From the NCBI GenBank assembly GCA_046497485.1, contig JAWOFP010000029.1:1-40184 (forward strand): a DNA stretch of 40,184 nucleotides, written 5' to 3'. Shown here piece after piece: positions 1 through 8,628 of the stretch; the stretch's first letter is position 1; every line of letters begins with the position of its first letter. This DNA comes from Candidatus Nanohaloarchaea archaeon. GTDB lineage: Archaea > Nanohalarchaeota > Nanosalinia > Nanosalinales > Nanosalinaceae. Below the pieces are notes generated by a model that saw only the letters and a program-made list of their open reading frames with translations, was not told the DNA's origin and ran no database searches. The translations under genes were made by a program, and so were the position numbers.

Positions 1-488
1 GTGCCGTGCTGATCGTCATGGAAAACTGGCACATTTAATCTATTCTTCAAAGCATCCTCAATTCTGAAGCATTCCGGAGCGGAAATATCCTCTAAATTGA
101 CTGCGCCAAAAGTTGGAGAAACATTCTCGACTGTTTCAATTATCTCTTCTGGCTCATCTGTATCCACTACAAGAGGAAATCCATCTACTTCTCCAAATTT
201 CTTCATTAGATTGGCTTTTCCTTCCATCACCGGCATAGAAGCTTCAGAACCGATATCTCCAAGGCCTAAAACTGCGCTGCCATCGCTTACGACTGCTACA
301 AGGTTTCCTTTACTTGTATATTCGTAGGCCTTTTCTTTATTTTTACTTATTTCTTTACAGGGTTCAGCAACTCCTGGTGTATAAACTAGGCCTAAGTCTT
401 CTTTCCCATTAATTTCGACAGAAGGTTCGACCGAAATTTTTCCAGGATTTTTACGGTGAAGTTCCAGTGCTTCTTCTCTATTTGTCAT
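1..488 (-). CDS. NAD(P)-dependent malic enzyme, N-terminal part (runs off the window)
   Basis: Not in the ORF track. Manual translation from ATG at 488 gives MTNREEALELHRKNPGKISVEP...LGLVYTPGVAEPC...GNLVAVVSDGSAVLGLGDIG...PVMEGKA...VNLEDISAPECF...PVFHDDQHG, which are canonical malic enzyme motifs. Confidence 0.95.
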   Translation of the reverse strand, partial: MTNREEALELHRKNPGKISVEPSVEINGKEDLGLVYTPGVAEPCKEISKNKEKAYEYTSKGNLVAVVSDGSAVLGLGDIGSEASMPVMEGKANLMKKFGEVDGFPLVVDTDEPEEIIETVENVSPTFGAVNLEDISAPECFRIEDALKNRLNVPVFHDDQHG

Positions 489-568
489 AGAATATAGATG
501 TTTGTAAAATTGGTAAATACTCTTTGAATAACCAAATAATATTTAAATGTTGTTACTAATTAGTTAAT

Positions 569-1060
569 ATGGCAAATACCAAAGTCTTCGACAATGATGT
601 TGTAGAATATGAAACTCCTGAAACCGGAGAATACAAAGTTGAAACAGATTCTACAGTTCTAGTAGACAGAGGAGAAGAACTTCAGACAATTGAAGAAAAC
701 ACAAATATATTTCTCGAAGAAGGAACGGAAGTTTATATTCCAAATGATGGAGAAACACAAGTTTACAACCCGGATAAGCCAGAAGAAACTAAAATATGGA
801 GTCCTGAAAACACTGAAGAGACAAAAATCTGGGATAATCCAACAAGCGATAACCCAAGTAATACTCAGCCTTATGACTCTTCAGAAGACACTGACTGGCC
901 AACACCTAATTTCACAAATCCAGAAATAAATACGATTAAAAATAACTATGACTGGATGTTCCAAAAAAGCCTAGAATCGGGAGCAAGTCCAAAAGAATCA
1001 GCAGAAGCGGCATCCGAAATGGCGATGACGATGGCCGATGTAGTAGACCGGCTTGAATGA
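569..1060 (+). CDS. Hypothetical acidic protein with short internal repeats
   Basis: 163-aa ORF with TTTAAA box about 25 bp upstream (542-547); repeats TEVYIP / ETQVYNP / EETKIWSP / EETKIWDNP. Confidence 0.7.
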   Translation: MANTKVFDNDVVEYETPETGEYKVETDSTVLVDRGEELQTIEENTNIFLEEGTEVYIPNDGETQVYNPDKPEETKIWSPENTEETKIWDNPTSDNPSNTQPYDSSEDTDWPTPNFTNPEINTIKNNYDWMFQKSLESGASPKESAEAASEMAMTMADVVDRLE

Positions 1061-1067
1061 TATTGTA

Positions 1068-2849
1068 TTACTCCGAACTCGATCCCCGTTTAACTATAAA
1101 TCCTCGGTAAGTTGGATGCCGATAGTAACTATCATTATCTTTGTATTCTTTGGATTCGGGAAGGTTATTCTCATTTCTAAACTCATCTAGCCTACTGAGT
1201 ACTTCTTCAGAAGCATTTTCATGAATATAAATTATTACTATATTTACAGGACTGCTATTATCTTGGAATTTGAACAGTTTCTCATCAAATTTCATCTGAA
1301 AGTCTATTCCGAGACCTGATAGAATACTTAGAGCTTGCTTGAACATTTTACCTGTCAAGTCAGGCCTGTCTTGACAGTAATGTATTTTGAATACCTCATC
1401 ACCCCTATTATTTTTATTTAAATTGCTAATTTGGTTTCCTTTGAGAGTCCAAAACCATGCCATTTCAGGATTAGCCCCATCACCTCTTGGAGAGTAAGCA
1501 TATTTTATACCATCCGCCTCCATAGTATCTGAAAGAGATTTGAGATCTCCAAAAGTTGTATCTGCGGTTATGTTTTCTGATTTAAGATAATCGAAAGTTC
1601 CCACAAGATCATTCTGTTCAATATTTCTTTGATTTTCTCTCTGATCCTCAGCCTCAATTTTTTCTTCAGCTTCTGAAAGCTCTCTTTCTTCTCTATCCAC
1701 CTGCCCCGAAACTTCCTGTTCAGCTTCTGAGGCCTCTTCTTGTATCTGTTCTTCTTCCTGTTCTTCTGTTTCTAGGTCTGCCCCTAAAGTATTCAAGACC
1801 TGTTTCAATTTTTCGGTTACTTCTAATATTTTGTTTTTCTGATTCTCAGTAAGATCTGATCTTTCCCAGGCCTGTTGAGCTAAATTTTCTACAGAGTTCG
1901 CTCCTTCAAGTACTGTTTTTATCTCATTTATCTCTTCCTGTGTAGTTTTCTCTGTCTGTTGTTCTATTTGTCGGAGTTCTTCTAATTTTTCAACTATATT
2001 TTCTTCCATTCCAAGAATCTGTTCAATTGTCGATTCAATTTTCTGAATTTCTTGATTAGTTAACTGAAGATCATGATGACTTTGGGCTTTATTCGTCATC
2101 CGAGATATCGCTTCTTCAACTTCTGAAGTCTGTGAAATAGCATCTATACAGACCTCAATATCTTTGAGTGATCTCATATTTTGTTTCATATCATTAACTA
2201 ATTGATGTTCTTCTTGACTCAGTAAATCTTCATAATTGGACTGATTGGACTCAATTTCTTCTATCGCAGATTCTATAGATTCTATATTGTTAATTATGTT
2301 ATTAGCTATGTTATCCTCGGTTCCAGCAACTACATCTTCTCTGCCTGAAAGCTGTCTCAGTTTGTAAACAATACCTTTTCCAGGACCTAAGGCCTCATTA
2401 ATAGTATTTAGCTTTTCTTTTTCGTCATTTCTAAGCTGCAGAAAAGTTTTGGATTTTTGGAGGATGTCCTCTAAATCTCTTCCTGAAGACTCGACCATGA
2501 GTTTAAACGCGTTAATAGGTTCTTCCATATTCACTACAGCTTCATAGAGATCACTTGGTTCTGGTGCATCGCTTTCAGGCCTTTGACCTGAGCTAACCTT
2601 TGAGGCTCTTTCTCGCATATCTGTGATAGTTGAATCTGATTGCTGTGTAGCTGTTTCAGCTGAGCCCATATTTACATCACTAGCAGAATTTCCAGAAGAT
2701 CGGCCTGACAGAAGCTTGTAAAGTAGGCCTCCGCCCACTATTCCTCCTATAAGACCTGCAAAGAATCCTGAGCCATTATTTTTTCTGGAGATTGATAGAA
2801 TCAGAAAAAGTAGAATTAAAAGCACCAAAGTACCTATAATCCTCTCCAT
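1068..2849 (-). CDS. Membrane-anchored coiled-coil protein with C-terminal globular domain
   Basis: Long ORF, probable start MERIIG at 2849. N-terminal hydrophobic helix plus Gly-rich helix, a long E/Q/I/L heptad region, then a C-terminal ~170 aa domain. Confidence 0.8.
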   Translation of the reverse strand: MERIIGTLVLLILLFLILSISRKNNGSGFFAGLIGGIVGGGLLYKLLSGRSSGNSASDVNMGSAETATQQSDSTITDMRERASKVSSGQRPESDAPEPSDLYEAVVNMEEPINAFKLMVESSGRDLEDILQKSKTFLQLRNDEKEKLNTINEALGPGKGIVYKLRQLSGREDVVAGTEDNIANNIINNIESIESAIEEIESNQSNYEDLLSQEEHQLVNDMKQNMRSLKDIEVCIDAISQTSEVEEAISRMTNKAQSHHDLQLTNQEIQKIESTIEQILGMEENIVEKLEELRQIEQQTEKTTQEEINEIKTVLEGANSVENLAQQAWERSDLTENQKNKILEVTEKLKQVLNTLGADLETEEQEEEQIQEEASEAEQEVSGQVDREERELSEAEEKIEAEDQRENQRNIEQNDLVGTFDYLKSENITADTTFGDLKSLSDTMEADGIKYAYSPRGDGANPEMAWFWTLKGNQISNLNKNNRGDEVFKIHYCQDRPDLTGKMFKQALSILSGLGIDFQMKFDEKLFKFQDNSSPVNIVIIYIHENASEEVLSRLDEFRNENNLPESKEYKDNDSYYRHPTYRGFIVKRGSSSE

Positions 2850-2957
2850 TGATACCAATTTAGCAATCAATATTTATACTATTTCGGACTTTCGGACAGC
2901 CCCGAATCGCCTTATTAGGGCCTGAACGATAACTTATGGATAGAAGGTGGAAAAACT

Positions 2958-3071
2958 ATGACTACTGCAAACCAGTTCCAGGACCCTGACTTCGTGCCGA
3001 CTCATGTAAACCTTGACCTGCTTGAGGAGAGAAAAAATGGAGGCCTACTGCAGCGAATGCGGCTACCCTAA
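2958..3071 (+). CDS. Putative 37-aa small protein
   Basis: AGGTGG SD-like sequence upstream; MTTANQFQDPDFVPTHVNLDLLEERKNGGLLQRMRLP. Confidence 0.3.
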   Translation: MTTANQFQDPDFVPTHVNLDLLEERKNGGLLQRMRLP

Positions 3072-3108
3072 ACTATCAGAGATTTGCGATAGATGCGGAG
3101 CAAAATAA
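3037..3108 (+). CDS. Putative 23-aa zinc-ribbon microprotein
   Basis: GAGGAG SD at 3024-3029; MEAYCSECGYPKLSEICDRCGAK contains two CxxCG knuckles. Confidence 0.55.
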   Translation: MEAYCSECGYPKLSEICDRCGAK

Positions 3109-3150
3109 ATACCCTTTCACTTTATTTCTTTACAGATCTAATTAATTAGT

Positions 3151-3519
3151 ATGACAGAGCTTGACGAAAAAGAGAAAAAAGTAATCGAACAATGCGGCAC
3201 AGAACCTCGATTCTCATCCGATTTACTCGATGAAAAGAGAGACGGAAAGTTCAAATGCAAAAAATGTGGACAGGCCTTGTTCTCATCAGACCACAAGTTT
3301 GAATCCGGAAGCGGTTGGCCAAGTTTCTACAATGTGCTAGACGCAGAAAATATTGAGAAAAGAGAAGATAATTCTCACGGAATGAAACGGACAGAAGTAG
3401 TCTGTTCAAACTGTGAGGCGCATCTAGGCCACCTATTCAAAGATGGACCGGAAGAAGAGACAGGCCTTCGCTACTGTATAAATGGAATAGCGCTAGAATT
3501 TGAGGTGGAAGGACAATGA
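3151..3519 (+). CDS. msrB: Peptide methionine-(R)-sulfoxide reductase MsrB
   Basis: CKKC and CSNC zinc ligands, KFESGSGWPSF, HLGHLFKDGP, RYCING. Confidence 0.97.
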   Translation: MTELDEKEKKVIEQCGTEPRFSSDLLDEKRDGKFKCKKCGQALFSSDHKFESGSGWPSFYNVLDAENIEKREDNSHGMKRTEVVCSNCEAHLGHLFKDGPEEETGLRYCINGIALEFEVEGQ

Positions 3520-4034
3520 ATGACGAAATTGTGTTAGGCGGAGGATGTTTCTGGTGCACAGAGGCTGCGTTCAAAGAAGTAGATGGAGTCAAATCAGTTA
3601 CCTCAGGATATGCCGGAGGCCATACAGAGAATCCTTCCTACCGGGAAGTATGTTCGGGAGACACAGGGCATGCCGAAGTAGTCAAGATAGAATATAATGA
3701 GGAAGAATTAGGCCTGGAAAAAATTCTCGATCTTTTCTTTAGGATTCATGATCCTACTACAGAAGATCGTGAAGGCCCGGACATCGGCTCCCAGTACCGA
3801 TCAATAATTCTCTACCAAGATGAGGAGGAAAAAGAGGTTATTGAGGCCTTTATAGAGGATCAGCAAGAAGATTATGAAGGTGAAATTGTGACAGAAGTGA
3901 AGGAGTTAGAGAATTTTTATATTGCTGAGGACAAGCATCAGGACTACTTTGAGAAAAATCCTGAAGATGCTTACTGCCGTATAAATGCGAGCCCTAAAGT
4001 AGAGAGAGCCAGAGATTTTAGTTCCAAAAATTAG
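3516..4034 (+). CDS. msrA: Peptide methionine-(S)-sulfoxide reductase MsrA
   Basis: GGGCFWC, GYAGG, TGHAEVV, HDPT, QYRS, AEDKHQDY; ATGA overlap with msrB. Confidence 0.97.
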   Translation: MNDEIVLGGGCFWCTEAAFKEVDGVKSVTSGYAGGHTENPSYREVCSGDTGHAEVVKIEYNEEELGLEKILDLFFRIHDPTTEDREGPDIGSQYRSIILYQDEEEKEVIEAFIEDQQEDYEGEIVTEVKELENFYIAEDKHQDYFEKNPEDAYCRINASPKVERARDFSSKN

Positions 4035-4061
4035 ATAACATTCAGGCCTAAAAACTAGTTT

Positions 4062-4832
4062 ATGAGCGATGAACGCGATCCTGAGGAAGAGCTTCAAGAT
4101 GGAAAGGAGCAGCTTCAGGAAGGCGCCCAGAAAATCATGCAAGGCGGTATTGCAAAGGGTAAACGCCAGAAAGAAAGCTTGAAATACTATCACAGGAATC
4201 GTTCAGAAGTTCTCGAAGACTTGGGATTCAAGTTCGGACAGCAAAAGAAGCCTGCAGCTCAAGGCCTCATTGTTTTGCTTCCAATCTTTGTTGTTGGACT
4301 TATTGTTGACTGGCTTTTCAGCAAAATTGAGCAAGTGCCTTACAACGAAATACTAAATATAACCTCTTACTATGTCATTAATCAGTCCATCAAGCTGGCA
4401 GCGCTTCTAACTATAGGGACAATAGCAGTCACAGTTACAGGTCAAGCAGTTAAGACAAAATCAGGCTTTGAACTTGAGAAACTAGTAGATAGAATCATAG
4501 GAGGAATTCCATTTCTAGGAGCTATCTACAGAATAACAAAAGTAACGACCGAAACAGTCATAGAGGGTACAGAAGAACTCAGCAAACCTGTCAAAATCGA
4601 AGTCGCAGGCATGCAAATGACAGCCTTCAAAACCGGAAATACTACAGAAGAAGGAAGAGAAATACTTTTCATGCCGACAGCACCAAATATCAGCTCAGGT
4701 CTAATACTCGAAGTCAAACCAGAAAACATCATAGAAACAGACGAATCACCAGAACAGGCCTTAACAAGAACGTTAAGCGCAGGATTTGGGCAAAGCAAAC
4801 CTGTTGTAGAAGATGATTCGGATACCAGTTAA
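4062..4832 (+). CDS. DUF502-family membrane protein
   Basis: Two TM helices, IPFLGAIY, FMPTAPNISSG, LSAGFG. Confidence 0.85.
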   Translation: MSDERDPEEELQDGKEQLQEGAQKIMQGGIAKGKRQKESLKYYHRNRSEVLEDLGFKFGQQKKPAAQGLIVLLPIFVVGLIVDWLFSKIEQVPYNEILNITSYYVINQSIKLAALLTIGTIAVTVTGQAVKTKSGFELEKLVDRIIGGIPFLGAIYRITKVTTETVIEGTEELSKPVKIEVAGMQMTAFKTGNTTEEGREILFMPTAPNISSGLILEVKPENIIETDESPEQALTRTLSAGFGQSKPVVEDDSDTS

Positions 4833-4851
4833 ACGAACTTAAACACCCGGA

Positions 4852-6885
4852 TCATTTCAAATCTATTTCTATATCTGCTACATAGGCCTTTTCTTTCTTC
4901 AGAATCAATGGATTAATGTCGATTTCTTGGATCTCTTCATGGTTCAGGGAAAGCTCTCCAAGTTTGATGATTGCTTCTTTTACTGCTGCCATTGAATGTT
5001 CCTCCCCTCTTACTCCTTCAAATAGGTCTGAGGCCTGTAGTTCTTGTATCATTTGTTCTGCTTCTTGCTCTGAAATCGGCGCAATTCCAAAGGATATATC
5101 GTGAAGCGCTTCTATGTATATCCCTCCCAGGCCCACCATTATCATAGGCCCAAACTGCGGATCTCTTTTCATTCCAAGTGCTACTTCTAATCCATCGAGC
5201 TGTTCCTGTACTATTACTCCGTTGATCTTTGATCCAGGCTTTTCGTGGTGAACATTATTTACGATCTGGTTGAAGGAGTCATTGACTTCCTGTCTGCTTG
5301 ATACCCCTGTCTTTATCCCTCCGATATCTGTCTTATGAGATACATCCGGAGAGTTGATTTTCATGACTACAGGATATCCTATATTGACGGCGGCTTCCTC
5401 TGCTGGATGCGGCGCCTCACCGTTTTCTGTCATCGGCATATCAAAGCCGTAGGCCTCAAGCAGTTCGTGGCCGTCCATGTAACCATCATAGTCCTGTAAT
5501 GCGTTATGTGCTTTCTCACCGTCGTAGTCTACATCAATATAGTTTCTGTCTGTCTCTAGGAAGCTTCTGTAATTATTCATTTCCTTGAAGGCCTTTACTG
5601 CGTCCACTGGATCTTCAAAGTCCGGAATATTGTTTTCCTCCAGTATCTCGATTCCAGGCCCTACATCCTGTTCACCCATGAAGCATGCGAGAATCGGTTT
5701 ATCAATTTCTTTCTCGGCTCTTGCAATGGTTTTAGCCGTCTTTTCTATCCCAGTGTTGGCCTGAGGGGTTAAAAGCACTAAAATTCCATCCACATTCTCA
5801 TCTTTTCCGATAGTTTTCAAGGCCTTCTTGTAACGGTCATGTCCTGCGTCCCCAATCAAATCCAATGGATTTCTGATTGTGGATTCCTCAGGCATAAACT
5901 CGTGTAAATCCATTTTAGTCTCAGTATCTAATTCAGCTAGTCTAAGATTGTGCTGGGCTACTTCATCTGTTGAAATAACTCCAGGGCCTCCAGCATTTGT
6001 AATTATCATTATATTTTTCCCTGAAGGTAATGGCTGGTAGGCAAAGCTTCTACCATAATCTAGCAGTTCTCTATTTGATTCTGCCTCAATTATCCCTGCT
6101 TTTCTGAAAGCTGCTTTGTAGGCCTGATAGCTCCCTGCGATACTTCCTGTATGAGAGGATGCTGCTTCGCCTCCTTTACTTGTCCGGCCTGATTTAACTG
6201 TAATTATAGGTTTTTCTCGAGAAGTCTCTTCAGCTTCTTCCATATATTCTCTGCCGTTTTCTATACCTTCCGTGTAGGATAAAATTGCTTCTGTGTCGTC
6301 TTCCCTCCATTTTTTCAGGAAGTCTACTTCATCTAGCATTGATTTGTTTCCTAACGAGACAAAATGCCGGAATCCAATATGCTCAGCCTTTGCATAGTCC
6401 AGTATTGCTGTGCAGAAAGCTCCGCTCTGACTCATGAAAGAGATATTACCCTCTTCTGGCATCTTTGAGGCAAAGGAAGCGTTCATTGAGTTCTCAGTAT
6501 TAATCAGGCCTAATACATTTGGTCCTAGAAGATCAATTTCGTTTTCTTCAGCTATTTCAACTATTTCTTCTTCAAGCTTTTTTTCTCCTGTCTCAGAGAA
6601 TCCTGCTGAAATTATTATCGCTGCCTCAACTTCTTTCTCTGCAGCATCCTTCATTACATCGGGAACTATCTTTGCTGGAACCGCGACAACGGCTAATTCA
6701 GAGTCTTCTGGGATTTCATCGTAGGCCTTTTCCCCTTCAACCTCATCCGCGCGAGGATTCACAGGGTATACTTCTCCTTCGAAATCATGATGTAAATTAT
6801 CGAATACCTCGTGGCCAGTCTTTCCTTCATGTCGAGAGGCTCCGACTACCGCAATTTTCTCAGGCCTGAAAAGTTTCTCCAGCAT
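4852..6885 (-). CDS. Acetate--CoA ligase (ADP-forming), fused alpha/beta chain
   Basis: IAVVGAS, ISAGFSE, LLGPNVLG, SQSGA, phospho-His motif ASSHTGS, TNAGGPG, NPLDL, C-terminal ATP-grasp (HKTDIGG, DPQFGP, DINPL). Confidence 0.95.
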   Translation of the reverse strand: MLEKLFRPEKIAVVGASRHEGKTGHEVFDNLHHDFEGEVYPVNPRADEVEGEKAYDEIPEDSELAVVAVPAKIVPDVMKDAAEKEVEAAIIISAGFSETGEKKLEEEIVEIAEENEIDLLGPNVLGLINTENSMNASFASKMPEEGNISFMSQSGAFCTAILDYAKAEHIGFRHFVSLGNKSMLDEVDFLKKWREDDTEAILSYTEGIENGREYMEEAEETSREKPIITVKSGRTSKGGEAASSHTGSIAGSYQAYKAAFRKAGIIEAESNRELLDYGRSFAYQPLPSGKNIMIITNAGGPGVISTDEVAQHNLRLAELDTETKMDLHEFMPEESTIRNPLDLIGDAGHDRYKKALKTIGKDENVDGILVLLTPQANTGIEKTAKTIARAEKEIDKPILACFMGEQDVGPGIEILEENNIPDFEDPVDAVKAFKEMNNYRSFLETDRNYIDVDYDGEKAHNALQDYDGYMDGHELLEAYGFDMPMTENGEAPHPAEEAAVNIGYPVVMKINSPDVSHKTDIGGIKTGVSSRQEVNDSFNQIVNNVHHEKPGSKINGVIVQEQLDGLEVALGMKRDPQFGPMIMVGLGGIYIEALHDISFGIAPISEQEAEQMIQELQASDLFEGVRGEEHSMAAVKEAIIKLGELSLNHEEIQEIDINPLILKKEKAYVADIEIDLK

Positions 6886-7013
6886 AAATCCTAGTTTAGA
6901 CTGACCGGATTAATAGGTTAGTGAAGTAATTCTACAGTGACAATTGGAAACCAAGAATCTTATCGCAACTAAAATCAGACTGATTCAACATAGAAATATT
7001 ATTCAATTTTTGC

Positions 7014-7421
7014 TTACTCCTCAACGCTCCACCTAGATAGTGAAAAGCCTGCTTTTCCTAAATCATTTACTGCTTGACTATGCGTATTAAGAGAATAGTT
7101 TATCTCACCGGATTCTCTATCTATTATCCTTGATATCACTCCATATTCTTCCCAGTCCTCGGCAAACTCTGGAAGCTTCAAAGCTTCTTTAGAATCCAAC
7201 CCCGCATACCTACAAAGCTCGTCCTCTCTAAGATTTTGCCCTTTGTTAGTTAGTAATGCCTCAACTGCTCTACTCTTAGGATGATTTCCAAGGACCTTCA
7301 TCATTGGAGAGCCTTCAGTTAGAGCTTCTGAGCCATATTTTCCAGTAGAAGCAATTTGACTGTATCTTCGATTTAATCTTTCCCAATATTTGAATAAATC
7401 ATCATTGAACTGGGATTCCAT
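7014..7421 (-). CDS. Hypothetical protein, possible winged helix
   Basis: 135-aa ORF; helix pattern followed by YGVISR...INYSLN beta wing. Confidence 0.6.
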   Translation of the reverse strand: MESQFNDDLFKYWERLNRRYSQIASTGKYGSEALTEGSPMMKVLGNHPKSRAVEALLTNKGQNLREDELCRYAGLDSKEALKLPEFAEDWEEYGVISRIIDRESGEINYSLNTHSQAVNDLGKAGFSLSRWSVEE

Positions 7422-7483
7422 ATAGCAGCCATTAATACTAAATTGTTAAATTAATGAGTTCACCGAAAAGTCGCAAACGATTT

Positions 7484-7491
7484 TTTATATA
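7484..7491 (+). promoter_or_regulatory. TATA box of the pdh operon (likely leaderless mRNA)
   Basis: TTTATATA about 26 bp upstream of ATG 7517, preceded by a purine-rich BRE-like sequence. Confidence 0.6.
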
Positions 7492-7516
7492 CAATCAGAG
7501 GCCTTTCCAAAGTATA

Positions 7517-8575
7517 ATGGCGCGTGAAGAAGTATATTCTGGTTCGATCCAGCGAATCGAAGTGATGGGAACGGAAGACGACGAAGACTTTCCATGGATC
7601 GAGGAGGACGAGTACAGGGAACTCTACAAGAAAATGATGATTGCAAGAAAATTTGATGAAAAGGCCTTCTCCCTACAGAGACGAGGAGAAATATCTACTT
7701 ACGCACCTCATAAAGGACAAGAGGCCTGCCAGATCGGAGCTATTTTTGCTTTACAGGAAGATGACTGGATGGTTCCTTCTTTCAGAGAGACGGCCGCATT
7801 TATTCAGAGAGGCGCGCCACTAGAAAAAATATTTCAGAGATGGATGGGAGACGCAAACGGACAGAAAGGCTTGTCAGACCTGAATACATTACCTGTTGCG
7901 ATCCCCGTAGGGACTCAGAATCTACATACAGCCGGTCTTGGGATGGCGATGGAGTTCGAAGAAGATGGAAACGCAGTTATAGGGTTTACAGGCGATGGAT
8001 CAACTTCACAAGGAGACTTCCATGAATCTTTGAATTTCTCAGGAGTACACGATGCGCATTCCGTCTTCTTTGTTCAGAATAACAAGTTTGCGATTTCCAT
8101 GCCTGTTGAGAGACAGACTAATTCTCAGACTATAGCTCAGAAGGCATTAGCTTATGGAATTGATGGGATACAGGTCGATGGAAATGATATTTTAGCAGTT
8201 ATTAAAGCTACTCAAGAGGCATTGGAAAAAGCTCGTAACGGAGAACCTGTACTGATTGAGGCCGATACCTATCGCCTGGAAGACCATACTACTTCGGACG
8301 ACTCCACTCGTTACAGAGATGAGGAAGATGTAGAAGAATGGAGCAAACATGATCCATTAAAGCGATTTAGAGAATACCTGAAAGAACATGGAATGTGGGA
8401 TGAAGAATTAGAGGCCTTTGAAGATGAAGCCAAGGAAATGGTGAATGAGGCTGCCAATAAAGCGATGGAGATGGATGATCCTGAGTTCGATGAGTTATTT
8501 GACTTTGTCTACAAGGATATGCCAGATCTTCTCAAGAAGGAGAAAGAAGAACTGAGAGAAGAGGTGACAGAATGA
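7517..8575 (+). CDS. pdhA: Pyruvate/2-oxoacid dehydrogenase E1 alpha
   Basis: LQRRGEI, GQEA, TPP motif GDGSTSQGDFHE...QNN, YRLEDHTTSDD. Start moved to MAREE (7517) because of promoter spacing. Confidence 0.95.
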   Translation: MAREEVYSGSIQRIEVMGTEDDEDFPWIEEDEYRELYKKMMIARKFDEKAFSLQRRGEISTYAPHKGQEACQIGAIFALQEDDWMVPSFRETAAFIQRGAPLEKIFQRWMGDANGQKGLSDLNTLPVAIPVGTQNLHTAGLGMAMEFEEDGNAVIGFTGDGSTSQGDFHESLNFSGVHDAHSVFFVQNNKFAISMPVERQTNSQTIAQKALAYGIDGIQVDGNDILAVIKATQEALEKARNGEPVLIEADTYRLEDHTTSDDSTRYRDEEDVEEWSKHDPLKRFREYLKEHGMWDEELEAFEDEAKEMVNEAANKAMEMDDPEFDELFDFVYKDMPDLLKKEKEELREEVTE

Positions 8576-8628
8576 TCGAAACTCATAGAGTTTCTGGTCA
8601 TCCAGAAAATCAGGTGATTTTCGAATGA
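8572..8628 (+). CDS. Putative 18-aa bridging mini-ORF between pdhA and pdhB
   Basis: MIETHRVSGHPENQVIFE; ATGA overlaps with both the pdhA stop and the pdhB start; GAGGTGA at 8561-8567. Confidence 0.45.
   Translation: MIETHRVSGHPENQVIFE

Noticed and set aside
97..327. 76-aa plus-strand ORF
   Set aside because: Antisense to the clearly recognisable malic enzyme gene.
7454..7516. N-terminal extension of pdhA given in the ORF track
   Set aside because: It overlaps the TATA box; ATG 7517 fits a leaderless start better.
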